Assembly: GCF_963921235.1 (NCBI RefSeq)
Contig: NC_086108.1
Span: 77,068,001-77,132,000, forward strand
Length of the DNA: 64,000 nt
Source: Mobula hypostoma
Lineage: Eukaryota
Direction: 5' to 3'
The position numbers were made by a program, and so were the translations under genes. Each line of letters starts with the position of its first letter. Within the stretch, counting starts at the first letter, position 1. Below, piece after piece: positions 39,291-51,585 of the stretch. Under the pieces are notes generated by a model that worked only from the letters and a program-made list of their open reading frames with translations, did not search any database and was not told the DNA's origin.

Positions 39291-40454
39291 AATCCGCTGC
39301 TTAGATCTTTCTTGAAGTGTGGAGGAGGAGGACTTTGTATTAAATATTGAGGGTAATCATATCAATCCAAATGCAAAAAAAACTATCCTAAGGCTATGTG
39401 ATATCAGGAGGAGAGGAGGGCATAGCCATGTTTGCCAAAGGTGACAGAACACAATAACACAAGTAACTTCCTTCAGGCACTGGACTCATACATATTAGGT
39501 TTCTGGAAGGAGAATTTATGAAAACAAACATTAAAAATAGTAACAGCTCCACCTGCTGTGATCTTGGGAAACAAATCATTTATAAATGTGTAAGTATTCT
39601 TATAGCTTGTTACATAATCCTACATGCAAGACCAAAACTCTAGATATTCTTTCGTAAGCAGGATTGGGCTGGAGAAATTACAAAGTGTGCAAAATGAACA
39701 TAACTAGCACTCTAGTGAGTTGGAAATTATGGGAGCTTTGGGGCTCCAAATACCTTGACAATTCAATGCTATTGGGTTTTGTTCTTCTTCCTCCTGCCAT
39801 AAATCAGCTTGTCTTGCTCTTGGGCATTTGATACTGTGTATTTCCTTTAATTTACAACACTCAGAATCTATTGACAATGAATCTATATGGGTCAGAGGTT
39901 AATTTCTTATCAATATAGCATCAGCAAGCCATTAGTCATAGAGCAAAGGCAGTGAGAACAGAAACCCAAGAATATTCCCCTTCCTACAGACACTGTGGGG
40001 ATTCAGAGCTCATTTTATTAGACTATCGCAGCTCTAAAGTAGATTTCACCTAAGTGTGTTCATACCAGATAAGGGCATAATTTGGTTAAGTGGATAAAAT
40101 TTTCAAAGAGAGCTCATTTCCCGTCTAAATTAATTAAATTCCTACTGTGCGATACATTTTGCCTGTAGTATATATGCACTTCAATAAACCTTTGCTCTTT
40201 TTATTGCTTTAAAAACGTAGCCTCTTCTTTCGCAGCATTGTCAAATGCAAAGCAGCACCAGAGCTAAGGAAATGACCACTGTAGTTAAGCTCTTATTACT
40301 GGAGTTACGTCGATACTTGCTGAACCCAGGTACCAAAGTGAAGGAAGACATTTGAGTGCAAGTGCCAAAGAAGAGATCACACCTAAGCGTTGACTCTATC
40401 AATCTTCTGCAGTATAACAATTTGAAAGCACATTTTATAAGACAAATTCAAGTG

Positions 40455-40775
40455 GACATCCAGAGGCCTTTCTCCCAGGGAGGAGATAGCTAATGTCAAG
40501 GGGCATAACATTAAGGTTATTAGAGGAAAGTACAGGGAGGGACGTCAGAGGTAAGTTCTTTACACAGTGAGCAGCAAGTGATTGGGACACCCTGCCAGGC
40601 ACTGTGATAGAGGCAGATACATCAGGGGCATTTAGAAAACTCTTTGATAGGCACATGGATAAAAGAAAAATGAAGGGTAATGTAGGAGGGAAGGATTAGA
40701 TTGACATTAGAGTAGCTTAAAAGGACAACACAATATTGTGGGCCAAAGGGCCTATGCCGTGCTGTAGTATTCTAC
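40455..40775 (+). mobile_element. CR1 3' fragment
   Basis: ggaaagtacagggagggacgtcagaggtaagttctttacacag, with tail attgtgggccaaagggcct. Confidence 0.8.
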
Positions 40776-41689
40776 GTAAAATTAACCAGTAAGAAAGGAG
40801 GAGGGAGTTTTTTTAATTGCACATATTCTGATAGAGCACAAGCAAAATAATTGTCCAGTGAGCATTGTTCCCTCTAGGAAACTGGAAAATGTTGGTTTGG
40901 GGTTAGAGTACAACTGGTCTTTTGTTCCAGACCAGTGGTTACTTTGCAGTACAGGTTTGAGAGACCTAAAATTTATGTCAATTCAAAATACACCAAGTTG
41001 TCCCATTGGCCTGGAAATCACATTTGAACCACATTTGAGTTGTTGCGAGATGAGCTAGACATACTGTGGCCTCCAGGCAAGTGGCTCACTAAATGTTGTT
41101 GGTCAGTTCAGTTCAAAATCCATTGCAGATAACATTAGTAATAAAAGTATTAATGAAACAGGAACTTGATTGAAAGAGTGAGGTGGCAGAAATAGGTTTC
41201 AATTCAGGTGACACAGGCTATAGCATCAGAGGATGAGGGAGCTGTTTTGCTGGGTTGGCTTTGCCTGAGTTATGTGAGACCAGTGCCCTGGTGAATTGAT
41301 TAGCTCTGGCTGCAAGTTAAAGCTTTAAACTGAGTACTTGACAGGGCTGGAGTGATAGGGGAAATGATTTTACTTGAGGGTAAAAGTGTACAACAACGAG
41401 CATCCCTGGGAATTTGTATTGATGACGAATCATGGTATCTTCCAGAACACAATATTTATTTGGCACCAGTGTTGCCTTCTTAACAGTCCAGCTTTGTATA
41501 GCTGAATGTAGCCGGTGGGACATTTCACCAGCATTAATCAAATTGTTCATTGACTATGTACTTAAAAATAGTGGGCAAATATTTCTTTTATGTTGTTGCA
41601 AATTTATAAATAATTGATGTTTTCTATGATCATTTAGAATAGTTTGTAGTGAACAATAGGATAGCAGCATGTTACAGGTCATCGCGATA

Positions 41690-42350
41690 CCTAGAGTTCC
41701 AGTGTTGAATATACAGTCAGAAATGCCTTCTTGACAGCTGGGGAGTTCAAATTCTGTTAATTAAACAATCTGGAATTATTCAGGTTTGTTTCAATAATGG
41801 TGACCATCAAATTATCAAACTCTCATAAAAATACATCTGTTTCACTAATGTTCTTCAGGAAAGGAAACATATCATCCTTATGGAGTCTGGCTTATGTGGA
41901 GTCCTGATCCAAAGCAATATGATCAATTGTTACCTACTCTCTTAAATGGCTTCTTTGAAATATAATAAAAATAATAAGGGCCAGGCCAACCTTCACTGGA
42001 CTCCAATATAGCAAAGGCATATCCAGGCCAGACAACCCTTTAAAGTCCTCCTCAGAAGCATTTGGGAAGCTTGCCTAAAATGGAAAGGCAGTCCAACATA
42101 TTTGTCAAACAAAATCCTGCAGTGGTCATATTAAAAAAACAATGAGCCTTCTAGCCAACATCTTGGACATCATCATCTTCCCTGCATATGTTCAGAGCAA
42201 ACACTAGGTCCGACTAAGCAAAGGTGGTGACATACTGACATATTTTAGGAGGTCCATGCACCCCTGGACTCCTCAACATTGACTTCAGACTCCATGAGGT
42301 AGAACTTTGGAAAGCATCACTTCTTGCTGATTATCACCAGTTATGTCAGA
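41690..42350 (+). mobile_element. Ancient LINE/SINE 5' remnant (CR1/L2 group)
   Basis: gtttcactaatgttcttcaggaaaggaaac... followed by a decayed endonuclease-start-like stretch (ttgtcaaacaaaatcctgcagtggtcata). Recognised from memory only. Confidence 0.4.
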
Positions 42351-42954
42351 TAATTGCCAGGCAGTGAGAACTTCCAGTGAGAGTCTGACCTAAACCTTCA
42401 GTAGCATTGCCATCAATGAAATTTAGTGAACATTTCAGTTCAGTCACCAGACAAACAAATTCAATCAGTCACATGTGTACCACAGCAATTTGGAGACAAT
42501 GTGCAATGACATTAATCAGGGTTGAATTGTTTGTCTTACATGTGTCATACAGGGTGGGGTCAATCAAAATTCTGTTTTGGCCTAAGGGCCTTGTAGGGGG
42601 GAGTTAAGTAGAGTTTAATTTCTATCCTGACTCAAATTGGTACTCGTATTAAAACACCGACTTTCCCATTCTCTTTATGCATGAATTATTATATTCAGTG
42701 CAGCTCCTGAGTCCATTTCATTTGGCAATGGGTGGTCCATTTTTAATGAAAGACTTTCTTTCCTATTTTAATTATTCCTGAGACAATTGTCTGCCAGATA
42801 TTCCCTTGTAGTAAATGTACCTGGAATTAAATATAGCAGGAAAATTTGAAATAAAATGTGCAATAAGACATCCTGAAACTTTAAATGCCTTTAGTGTTTA
42901 TGCTATCAATGGGTCCTTCTCAATCATGTGAAATGTCGTTTTGTGAAATCAAAT

Positions 42955-43520
42955 TCATTTGATTTTTGAGCAAGGCCTTTGACAAAGTCCCACATGGGAG
43001 GCTGACACAGAGGGTTCAGTCGTTTGACCTTCAGATTGAGATAATAAATTGGATTCAACATTGGCTCAGAGGGAGAATCCAGAGAGCGCTGGTAGGAGGT
43101 TGTCTCTCTGACTGGAGGCCGGTATCTAATGGTGTACCACAGGGACTGGTGCTGGGTCCAGTGTTGTTTGTCTACTAATGATTTGGATGATAAGGTGGTG
43201 AACTGGTTCAGCAAATCTGGGGATGACACCAAGATTCAGGGCTTAGTGGACCACAAGGAAGGTTATCGATACTTGCAGTAGGATCTGGACCAGCTGGAAA
43301 AATGTGCTGAAAATGGCATATGGAATTTAATGCAGACAAGTGTGTGGTGTTGCACTTTGGGAGGGAATACCAGGGTAGGATTCACACAGTGAATGGTGGG
43401 GCATCGAGGAGTGTAATTGAACAAAGGGATCATGGAATACAGGTCCACAGTTGCTTTAAAAGTGGCATCACAGTTCAATAGGGCTATAAAGAGAGATTTT
43501 GGCATATTGGCTGTTATATT
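42955..43520 (+). mobile_element. CR1 RT fragment
   Basis: SKAFDKVPHGRL...VSNGVPQGLVLGPVLF. Confidence 0.9.
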
Positions 43521-43764
43521 TTGTAACTCCATAACATTAAACTAATTGCAAAGGAAACAACAGAGCTGCTAATGTGATTTCAACATTGTTTTTCCCTTTA
43601 AGCACATATCACTAGATGGAGTGATGACATATGCTATTTACATACCTTTACAGATAACCTACAATGCATTATGCGAATAACAAAGAATGCTAAATCAAAC
43701 AATATATTTACAATATTACTCAGATATTACTGAAATATTAAATATACAACATCGATCTTCATAA

Positions 43765-44563
43765 TAATGTAAAATACACATAATGCTGGAGGAACTCGAT
43801 GGAAATGAATAAACAGTCGACGTTTTGGACCGAGACCCTTCATCAGGACTGGTAGAAAGGGATGAGAAGTCAGATAAGAGGGTGGGGGGAAGGGGAAGAA
43901 GAAGTACAAGGTAGTAGGTGATAAGTGAAATCAGGAGAGGGTAAGGGGTGAAGTAAAGAGCTAGGAAGTTGATTGGTGAAAGAGATACAGGGCTGGTGAA
44001 GGGGGAATCTGATAGGAGAGGACAGAAGGCCATGGAAGAAAGGGAAGGGGGAGGAGCTCCAGAGGGAGGTGATGGGCAGGTAGGGAGTTAAGGTTGGAGA
44101 GGGAAATGGGAATGGGGAATGGTGAAAGGGTGGAGGGGGGCTTCAATTACCGGAAGTTCAAGAAATCGATGTTCATGACATCAGGTTGGAGGCTACCCAG
44201 ACGGAATATAAGGTGTTGATCCTGCAACCTGAGTGTGGCCTCATTGCAGCAGTAGAGGAGGCCATGGACTGACATATTGGAATGGGAATGGGAAGTAGAA
44301 TTGAAGTGGGTGGTCAGTGGGAGATTCTGCTTTCTCCGGTGGACGAAACGTAAGTGCTCATCAAAGCAGTCTGCCAATTTGCTTTGGGTCTCACCAGTAT
44401 ACAGGAGGCCACACCAGGAGCACCAAATACAGTAGATGACCCCAACAGGCTTGTAGGTGAAGTGTCGCCTCCCATGGACAGACTGTTTGGGGCCCTGAAG
44501 CGTAGTGAGGGAGGAGGTGTAGGAACAGGTGTGCCATTTGCTCTGCTTGCAAGGGTAAGTGCC
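43765..44563 (-). mobile_element. PLE 3' fragment (GIY-YIG + terminal region with mutated HHR)
   Basis: ORF 44147-44377 (HFNSTSHSHSNMSVHGLLYC...LIFRLGSLQPD). HHR at 43814-43851 has GAAA changed to AAAA. Confidence 0.9.
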
Positions 44564-44578
44564 AACAGAAGTGGCGTA

Positions 44579-44835
44579 CAGTACTGTGCAAAAATCTTAG
44601 GCACATATACAGTCTATAACTGGGCCCCGAAGACTTTTGCACAGTACTGCTTTTGTCAATGTGGAACAGAGAGGGAGTTTGTAAATCTGGCGGGAGCAAA
44701 GGACGTTGGGAATGGCGAGACTGGAGCATCACGGGAGGGGTGAACTGGTGCAATACATAAAATTACTGGAGTAGAGTGCAAAAGTCTGAGACACCCTAGC
44801 TATGTATATGCTCCTAAGACTTTTGCACAGCATTG
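44579..44835. mobile_element. Tc1/mariner-type MITE with four TIR copies
   Basis: TA-cagtactgtgcaaaaatctt...aagacttttgcacagtactg (44579-44649), spacer, then gtgcaaaagtct...aagacttttgcacagcattg-TA (44769-44835). Confidence 0.75.
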
Positions 44836-44837
44836 TA

Positions 44838-44975
44838 TGTGGGTTCAATTGCAACATTTAAGAGAAGTTTGGATAAGTACATGGCTGGGACGGGTATGGA
44901 GGAATATGTCCAGGTGCAGGTTGATAGGAACCAGTCAGAATAACAGTTCAGCATGGACTAAATGACCCAAAGGGC
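44838..44975 (+). mobile_element. CR1 3' tail
   Basis: acatttaagagaagtttggataagtacatgg...ggtatggagg. Confidence 0.7.
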
Positions 44976-45354
44976 ATAAAAGGAAATGTCAATTGAAAAC
45001 TGTTAATGCGATTGATGAAAAGGATGGCCTGCACAAATGAAATCCTTTCAGCTACATACTTCTGCTAAAATTGTACAGGGAATCAGCCATTTGGTGAGGG
45101 GATTTAAGCTCATATATTAGGTAAGAACTTCATTTCCACTGCTAATTGACCAAGAGAAATGAAACCTCATGGTATCATCAGTTGGTAAAATACAGGATCT
45201 TAACATATGGACCAAAAAAGGGATTGATTATATTTTCAGATGTTCCATTGGGGTTTGCAGTAATGGCATCCCTTTAAGTTATTGACATGTCCTTCCCAAT
45301 GACGGAAGGTGTAGGTTCTAGGTGGCACTGTTATAGAAGGCTTGGCATGGAAAT

Positions 45355-45772
45355 CTAGAATCATTGAACACTACAGCACAGAAGCAGGCCATTCAGCCCA
45401 TCTACTCTATGCTGAACTATTATTCTGCCTAGTCCTATGGACCCACAACTGGACCATACCCTTCATATCTATGTACTTACCCAAAACTTCTATTATATGT
45501 TGTTATTGCACCCGTATCCACCACTTCCACTGGCAGCTCGTTGCACACTCTCACCCCCTCCTGAGTAAAGAAACTCCCCCTTATGTTTCCCTTAAAGTTC
45601 TCACCCTTCACCCTGAACTGATGACATCTAGTTCTAGACTCACCCAACCTCAGTGAAAAAAGTCTGCTTCCGCTTATCCCATCTATACCCCTTATAATTT
45701 TGTATACCTCTATCAAATCTCCCCTTATTCTGCTATACTCCAGGGATAGAGTCTATTCAACCTTTCCCTAAA
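45355..45772 (-). mobile_element. CR1 3' fragment
   Basis: IEVYKIIRGIDG...FKGNIRGSFFTQEGVRVCNELP. Confidence 0.88.
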
Positions 45773-45774
45773 GC

Positions 45775-46197
45775 AAACTTACTTACTGACTGCCTATTAT
45801 GCCACTGGTGTTTATGTCAGCAATGAAGGTCCTCCATCTCTGGCGATGTTCTGAGCTTCCTTCATCATGTCAGTAGTTTCTTCTTGGTTTTACTACTGTC
45901 AGACATGCAAGTCCCAGGTAAAGACTCAGGAATACCATCTCACGCAGGTGTAAAAGGATTCTTCATTGCCGTTTCTGTAACAATTTTGTTTTACCAGTCA
46001 GGGTTGTTAGCCCTGCTCTGAACTTCCAAACCTAGAGGACCAGTGGACCACTCTTAGTCTGGCCTCCACCCTTTGACCTGTTTGGCATAGGTGACCTTAC
46101 CAAGAGCCAAAGCATAAAGCCCTGACTCCAACCAGCATAGCTCTTCAGATCATTGAGGCATGCAAGCCTCCAAACCATGATGAGCTTGTGGTCCACT
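45775..46197 (-). mobile_element. Bipartite RTE-derived non-autonomous element (5'UTR fused to 3' end; Bov-A/Rex3-like)
   Basis: Minus strand starts ggaccac...gcctcaatgatctgaagagctatgc...gtggtccactgg...gggctaacaaccctgactggtaaaac and ends in a taag-type tail. No RT ORF. Confidence 0.7.
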
Positions 46198-47173
46198 TGG
46201 AGGTTCCCTAAAGCATATTTTAGCATAAATTAGCATATTTCATAAATGATCCACAGTGTGGCCAGGATGTACTGGTGGTGAAGCAATTGGTTGTTTAGCT
46301 GGTGGTGCAAAAACATTCAGGAGGATAATTTCTTCTCGGATACATTTCAAACTTTAATGTTTTTGGAACTGTAGTCAGGAAAGTATAGAATATTCTTGTG
46401 ACACTTCGTAGATCGTAATGAACTTAGGGACTTCAGAGAAGAGCCACAGTAAGGAAGTGGATGAAATTAACCAAATCAGTCAAAGTAGAGAAAAAGTTAT
46501 GGATGAAATTAATTATAATATTCTTCATCTGAATGGGTATGAAGTACTCTGTTATATATTGAGATTTCTATGTAAAAGATCAAGGTATGTAAGATTAAGT
46601 TTTCTGTAAAGTTTACATTACCCAAACAGCTAATGTGCTTTTGGGAGCAAGTGTATGAAGGCACCTTGTTGACATTAATGATGCTGGAAGTAAACTCTAT
46701 GTATTTGTTTATGATTTCCAGGGTTTAGGCTTAAATAAGCTTCTGAGTTCTGAACTACTGGATTGTCCAACTTGTAATGATGTTTTTAAAGATACTGCTC
46801 CTTCCAGTTCCTGCTGCCATTGTGTTTTGACTCATATTTTGCTATGTGATTAAAGGCTAGGATTTAGTACTCCCAGTGCAGAGCTTCATGTGTTGGAAAT
46901 TTGAGGGCAGAGGTAATGTGCACAATTCACCATCTGCAGAATTTTAAATCCACTTAAGTTAATGTATAAATTCTAAACATGCCAACTTTAACATGAAGCT
47001 TCTCACCAGCAGTACTAAACTGTAAAAGAGATGATAAAAGGGTAAATTCTCAGAAGCTCTGCACATTGCATTTTGCCTAGTTGGCAATGGCCCGATAACA
47101 AGGAATTTCACTCATATCTCACTTCTTGCACTTATCTTAGCTTCCAAAGGCCATTTAGGTCTCTGATATTAGG

Positions 47174-47416
47174 TACCACAAACACGAGAAAATTTCTAGA
47201 TGCTGGAAAACCAAAGCAACACACACAAAACGCTGGAGGAACTCAGCAGGCCAGGCAGCATCTACCGTACAGCATAAACAGTTGGTATTTTGGGCCGAGA
47301 CCCTTCATCAGGACTGGTAAAGTCCTGATTCCAGTCCTGATGAAGTTGACTGTTTACTCTTTTCCATAGATGCTACCTGGCCTGCTGAGTTCCTCCAGTA
47401 GTTTGTGTATGTTGCG
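47174..47416. mobile_element. Fold-back PLE terminal-unit insertion with TSD
   Basis: Inverted arms 47216-47317 and 47331-47415. TSD ctgatattagg at 47163-47173 and 47417-47427. Confidence 0.88.
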
Positions 47417-48714
47417 CTGATATTAGGCGCACTGCGGGCATACGAAACTTTATGTAGCTACAATATTCTCATGACTGCTTCACTGAGACCAGGTGAAGCT
47501 TGGATGAAATCATATTGATTGCTAAAATAACACCGGTGCATTACTGAGAAGTTTGAAGTTTGAAATTTAACTTCAAGCTTGTTGATTTGAAAACTGGTTG
47601 AAAAGCTTTTCGAAAACTCTAAGCTTCCTTCCTGCAGTCAGCTTTCATAGGATTTCTAATTTCTAATCCTAAGACTTCTAGGATTGATGCCTAACTTTTG
47701 TGTATTTCTAAATTGTACTTCTCAGGTCACTTGACTTCAATTCATACTTTCATTGCAAAATTTGTTTGCAGGCAGCATTGACTTGCAGCCATTGGGCAAC
47801 CTTGTCACAATCCTGTATGTTGTGGGAATGGGAATCCCACAAAGTACTCCAGCTGTGTTACACAACATGAAGAAATAAAAGCAATTCACAAGTATGCCCT
47901 GTTGTTGAATGCAAATACATTTTTTGGATACATCTGCTCTTGAGAAATACCATTGAAACTGAATGCATAGATCATATTAATCCTTCTGTGTGATGCAGAG
48001 GACGGATAATTCTGATTCTATCAGGTTTTGGAGATCTCTATGGAGGATGCTCCCTAATTGATTAAAGTGGGACAAAATGGTGCGGATATTGTCAGGATGT
48101 GCAGCCTTGGATTAAGATTACCATGCAAATTTCACTCTAGTTTTTTTTTCTGCTTGCTTTAAGTTGAAGACACACAAGCTATACCAGCTGCATAAGATAG
48201 GAGGTAATACTCCCACTGTGATGTCCTCTGTTCCTCATGACTGGAAAACTATCTTGTCATATGAAGGCCCAAAATCTTAGCAGCAGTAAATTGGAAGCGA
48301 CAGAATAGTTGGCTATTAGAGACATGGACCAATGGGTCCAGGATATCTCCAACTGCACGTTGATGCTCAGTAGAAGGTATAGGTGTAGGCTGACCATTGC
48401 AGCAGTAAATGAGGAATTCAGATTAATACCAACCAGAATTACCTTAGAGATGAGTGTTAGCCATAAGACACTCAGGATGGATTCACAATGACTATCTAGT
48501 GAGGGAAGAAGTGACTATCACAGATTCTGCTGTATCTGGGTTGGTTGTAGATAATAAATAAAATATTGCACATTGGTGACCTTGAGCTTCTTCTCACAGG
48601 AATACATAAAAAAGGATATTATGTGTACCACTGTTCGGATAAGGTATCATGTGCACACTGGGGGCTGGTTGAAGGAATAATCTCCTGTATACATGAGAAA
48701 TATTTTTACCTCTT

Positions 48715-48907
48715 ATTTAGAGATAGTAACAGGTCCTTCCTGCCCAATGAGCCTGCAGCACATGACCAATTAACCTACTAACTTGTACATCTTGCGAATG
48801 TGGGAGCAAACCCATGCGTTCAAGGGGGGAATATACAAACTCCTTCAGACAGCAGCAAGTTGAACCCAGGTCACTGGCACCGTATTAGCATTACACTAAC
48901 TGCTACA
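48715..48907 (-). mobile_element. V-SINE / HE1-like SINE
   Basis: gaatgtgggagcaaacccatgcg...atacaaactccttcagacagc...gttgaacccagg is antisense to the V domain and B box. Confidence 0.65.
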
Positions 48908-49104
48908 AAACAACTTTCTTGTTCATACCTTATCAGACTGTGCTCAGATTAATCACAAAAATCTGCTGTAACATGATCTTTGTCCTGCTATGGCCATGTT
49001 CCTGGCATTCTCAGTTGGGTGCTTTCTGATCTGCATTAGAGTAATCCGCAGGAGTTGGCTGGTTTGGTTTAGACCAATTGTTTCCAAATTAATTCTAAAT
49101 CATT

Positions 49105-49911
49105 AACACAAGAAATTCTGCAGATGCTGGAAATACAAAAACAACACTTACAAATTGCTGGAGGAACTCAGCAGGTTAGACAGCATCTATGGAAATGAAT
49201 GAACAGTTGACATTTCAGGCTGATACTGTTCCTCGGGACTGGAAAAGAAGGGAGACGATGCCAGAATAAAAAGGTGGGGAGAAGGGAATGAGGACAAGCT
49301 GGAAGGTGCTAGGTAAAGCCAGGTGGATTGGAAAGGTAAAGTGTTGGAGAAGAAGGAATCTGATAGGAGAGGAGAGGAGAGGAGAGGAGAGTGAACCATA
49401 GGAGAAGGGAAGGAGGATGGGACCCAAGGGTTAGTAATAGGCAGGCGAGAAGAAGTAAAATGTCAGACTGGGGAATAGAGGAAGGAGGAATATTTTTTAC
49501 CAGAGGGAGAGATCAATATTCATACCATCAGGCTGGAGGCTACCCAGGCGGTTGATCCTCCAACGCATCGTGGCACAAAAGGAGGCCATGGACTGACCTG
49601 TCAGAATGGGAATTGGAATAGAAATTAAAATGTTTGGAACTGGGAAGTTCCACTTTATTTGGATGGAGTGGGGGTGCTCAACAAAGCAGTCCCCCAATTT
49701 ATGATGGATCTCATCAGTGTAGAAGGAGGCGACATCGGGAGCACTGGATGCAATAGATGACCCCAGTAGGTAGCAGGTAAAGTGTTGCTTCACCTGGACG
49801 GACTGTTTGTGGCCCCGAATAGAGGTGAGGGAGGAGATGTATGGCCAGGTGTAGCTCTTTGGCTGCTTGCAGAGATAAGTGCCAGGGGGGAGATTAGTGG
49901 GGAGGGATGAA
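49105..49911 (-). mobile_element. PLE 3' fragment, older
   Basis: SSLPTNLPPGTYLCK...RLGSLQPDGMNID. Decayed HHR at 49204-49241. Confidence 0.85.
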
Positions 49912-50591
49912 TGAAATTTTAAGTCCATCAGTTTAAACAGAGCACAAGGGAAATTTATGAACGATGTGAATTCTGTCACACTGTTTATGACAGAATCCTG
50001 TTTCGTGAATGATCTTTCAGTGAAAACTTCCACTGAAGAATGTGAAAACATCACCCATTTCCATTTTTAGTGGGCATGAGAAACATTGATATGAGTTGTT
50101 CAAGGTAATACATTTGATATGCCGACTAACCTTCAGCAGGCCCAGCATGTCCACACAGTTGTTAACTGTGTATATGAAGTTACTACAGAGTCTGACAAAG
50201 TAACTACTTCTGAGCCCTTCTTCTTGGGGTGAAGAGAGATTCTGAGATTGATTCAGAAATTATTCAGGAATTGGTTCCAAAACATTAAACTAATAAGCTC
50301 TGTGAAAATAGCAGGGCTGCTGTGAGGACTTAATCAGGGATCTATATTGTGAATAACTATTGACAACCAGACCTCACTCTGTTGTGTAATGGTCACAAAA
50401 GACAGATGTCACTATTTTTGGATTCTTGTACAAGTGATGATAACTCACTTTATAAACCGATTTCTTTCATTAAACAGTAACAGTCTGGAATGAGAGAACT
50501 GTTCTGAAGATATCAGTGAGTGATCATTTCAGGTCACATTCCAACCTTTCACCGACAATTTCTATTAGGTCACATAGTACCTTTTTTGCTC

Positions 50592-51208
50592 AAACAACAG
50601 GAATTCTGCAGATGCTGGAAATTCAAGCAACACACATCAAAGTTGCTGGTGAACGCAGCAGGCCAGGCAGCATCTCTAGGAAGAGGTGCAGTCGATGTTT
50701 CAGGCCGAGACCCTTCGTCAGGACTAACTAAAGGAAGAGTGAATAAGGGATTTGAAAGTTGGAGGGGGAGGGGGAGATCCAAAATGATAGGAGAAGACAG
50801 GAGGGGGAGGGATGGAGCCAAGAGCTGGACAGGTGATTGGCAAAAGGGATACGAGAGGATCATGGGACAGGAGGTCCGGGAAGAAAGACGGGGGGGGGGG
50901 GAACCAGAGGATGGGCAAGGGGTATATTCAGAGGGACAGAGGGAGAAAAAGGAGAGTGAGCGAAAGAATGTGTGTATAAAAATAAGTAACAGATGGGGTA
51001 CGAGGGGGAGGTGGGGCATTAGCGGAAGTTAGAGAAGTCGATGTTCATGCCATCGGGTTGGAGGCCTACCCAGACAGAATATAAGGTGTTGTTCCTCCAA
51101 CCTGAGTGTGGCTTCATCTTTACAGTAGAGGAGGCCGTGGATAGACATGTCAGAATGGGAATGGGATGTGGAATTAAAATGTGTGGCCACTGGAAGGTCC
51201 TGCTTCTT
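50592..51208 (-). mobile_element. PLE 3' fragment, nearly identical to 1114-1695
   Basis: Colinear high identity with the first PLE. HHR at 50690-50725 differs at stem III (gaaa-ca-tc). Confidence 0.93.
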
Positions 51209-51289
51209 TTTTGCTGGAGATTTTTCTTTTTGTGGAGGACTCTTTGCAAACTACTGGAACTACATGTATAAGACTATAACAGGCATAAA

Positions 51290-51585
51290 GTGGAAAGTCA
51301 GGACTTTTTTCCAGGGCAGCAATGGCCAATTGCAGAGGAATTCTGTTTAAGGTAACTGGAGGAAAGTTTAAGGGAGATATCTAATATAGGTATTTTACAT
51401 CGGGTAGCAGGTGCCTGAAACATCCTGCCGGGAGTGGTGTTAGAGACTGATATAATAAGAATATTTAATAGACTCTTAAGCAGGTTGATGGATGTATGGT
51501 GGGTTATGTGCTGTGTAGGAAATTCATTGTGGAGTAGGTTTATGTGGGCCAAAGGGCTTGTGCTGTTTTATATTCTATACTAGAA
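51290..51585 (+). mobile_element. CR1 3' fragment
   Basis: tttaaggtaactggaggaaagtttaagggagat, with tail tgtgggccaaagggc. Confidence 0.75.

Noticed and set aside
40236..40329. Possible small host exon after ctcttctttcgcag
   Set aside because: Open frame but weak donor (gtacca) and unrecognised peptide; cannot be supported without RNA-seq.
50520..51032. 170-aa and 149-aa overlapping ORFs (also 1078-1407)
   Set aside because: Low-complexity purine-rich PLE terminal region with no protein motif.
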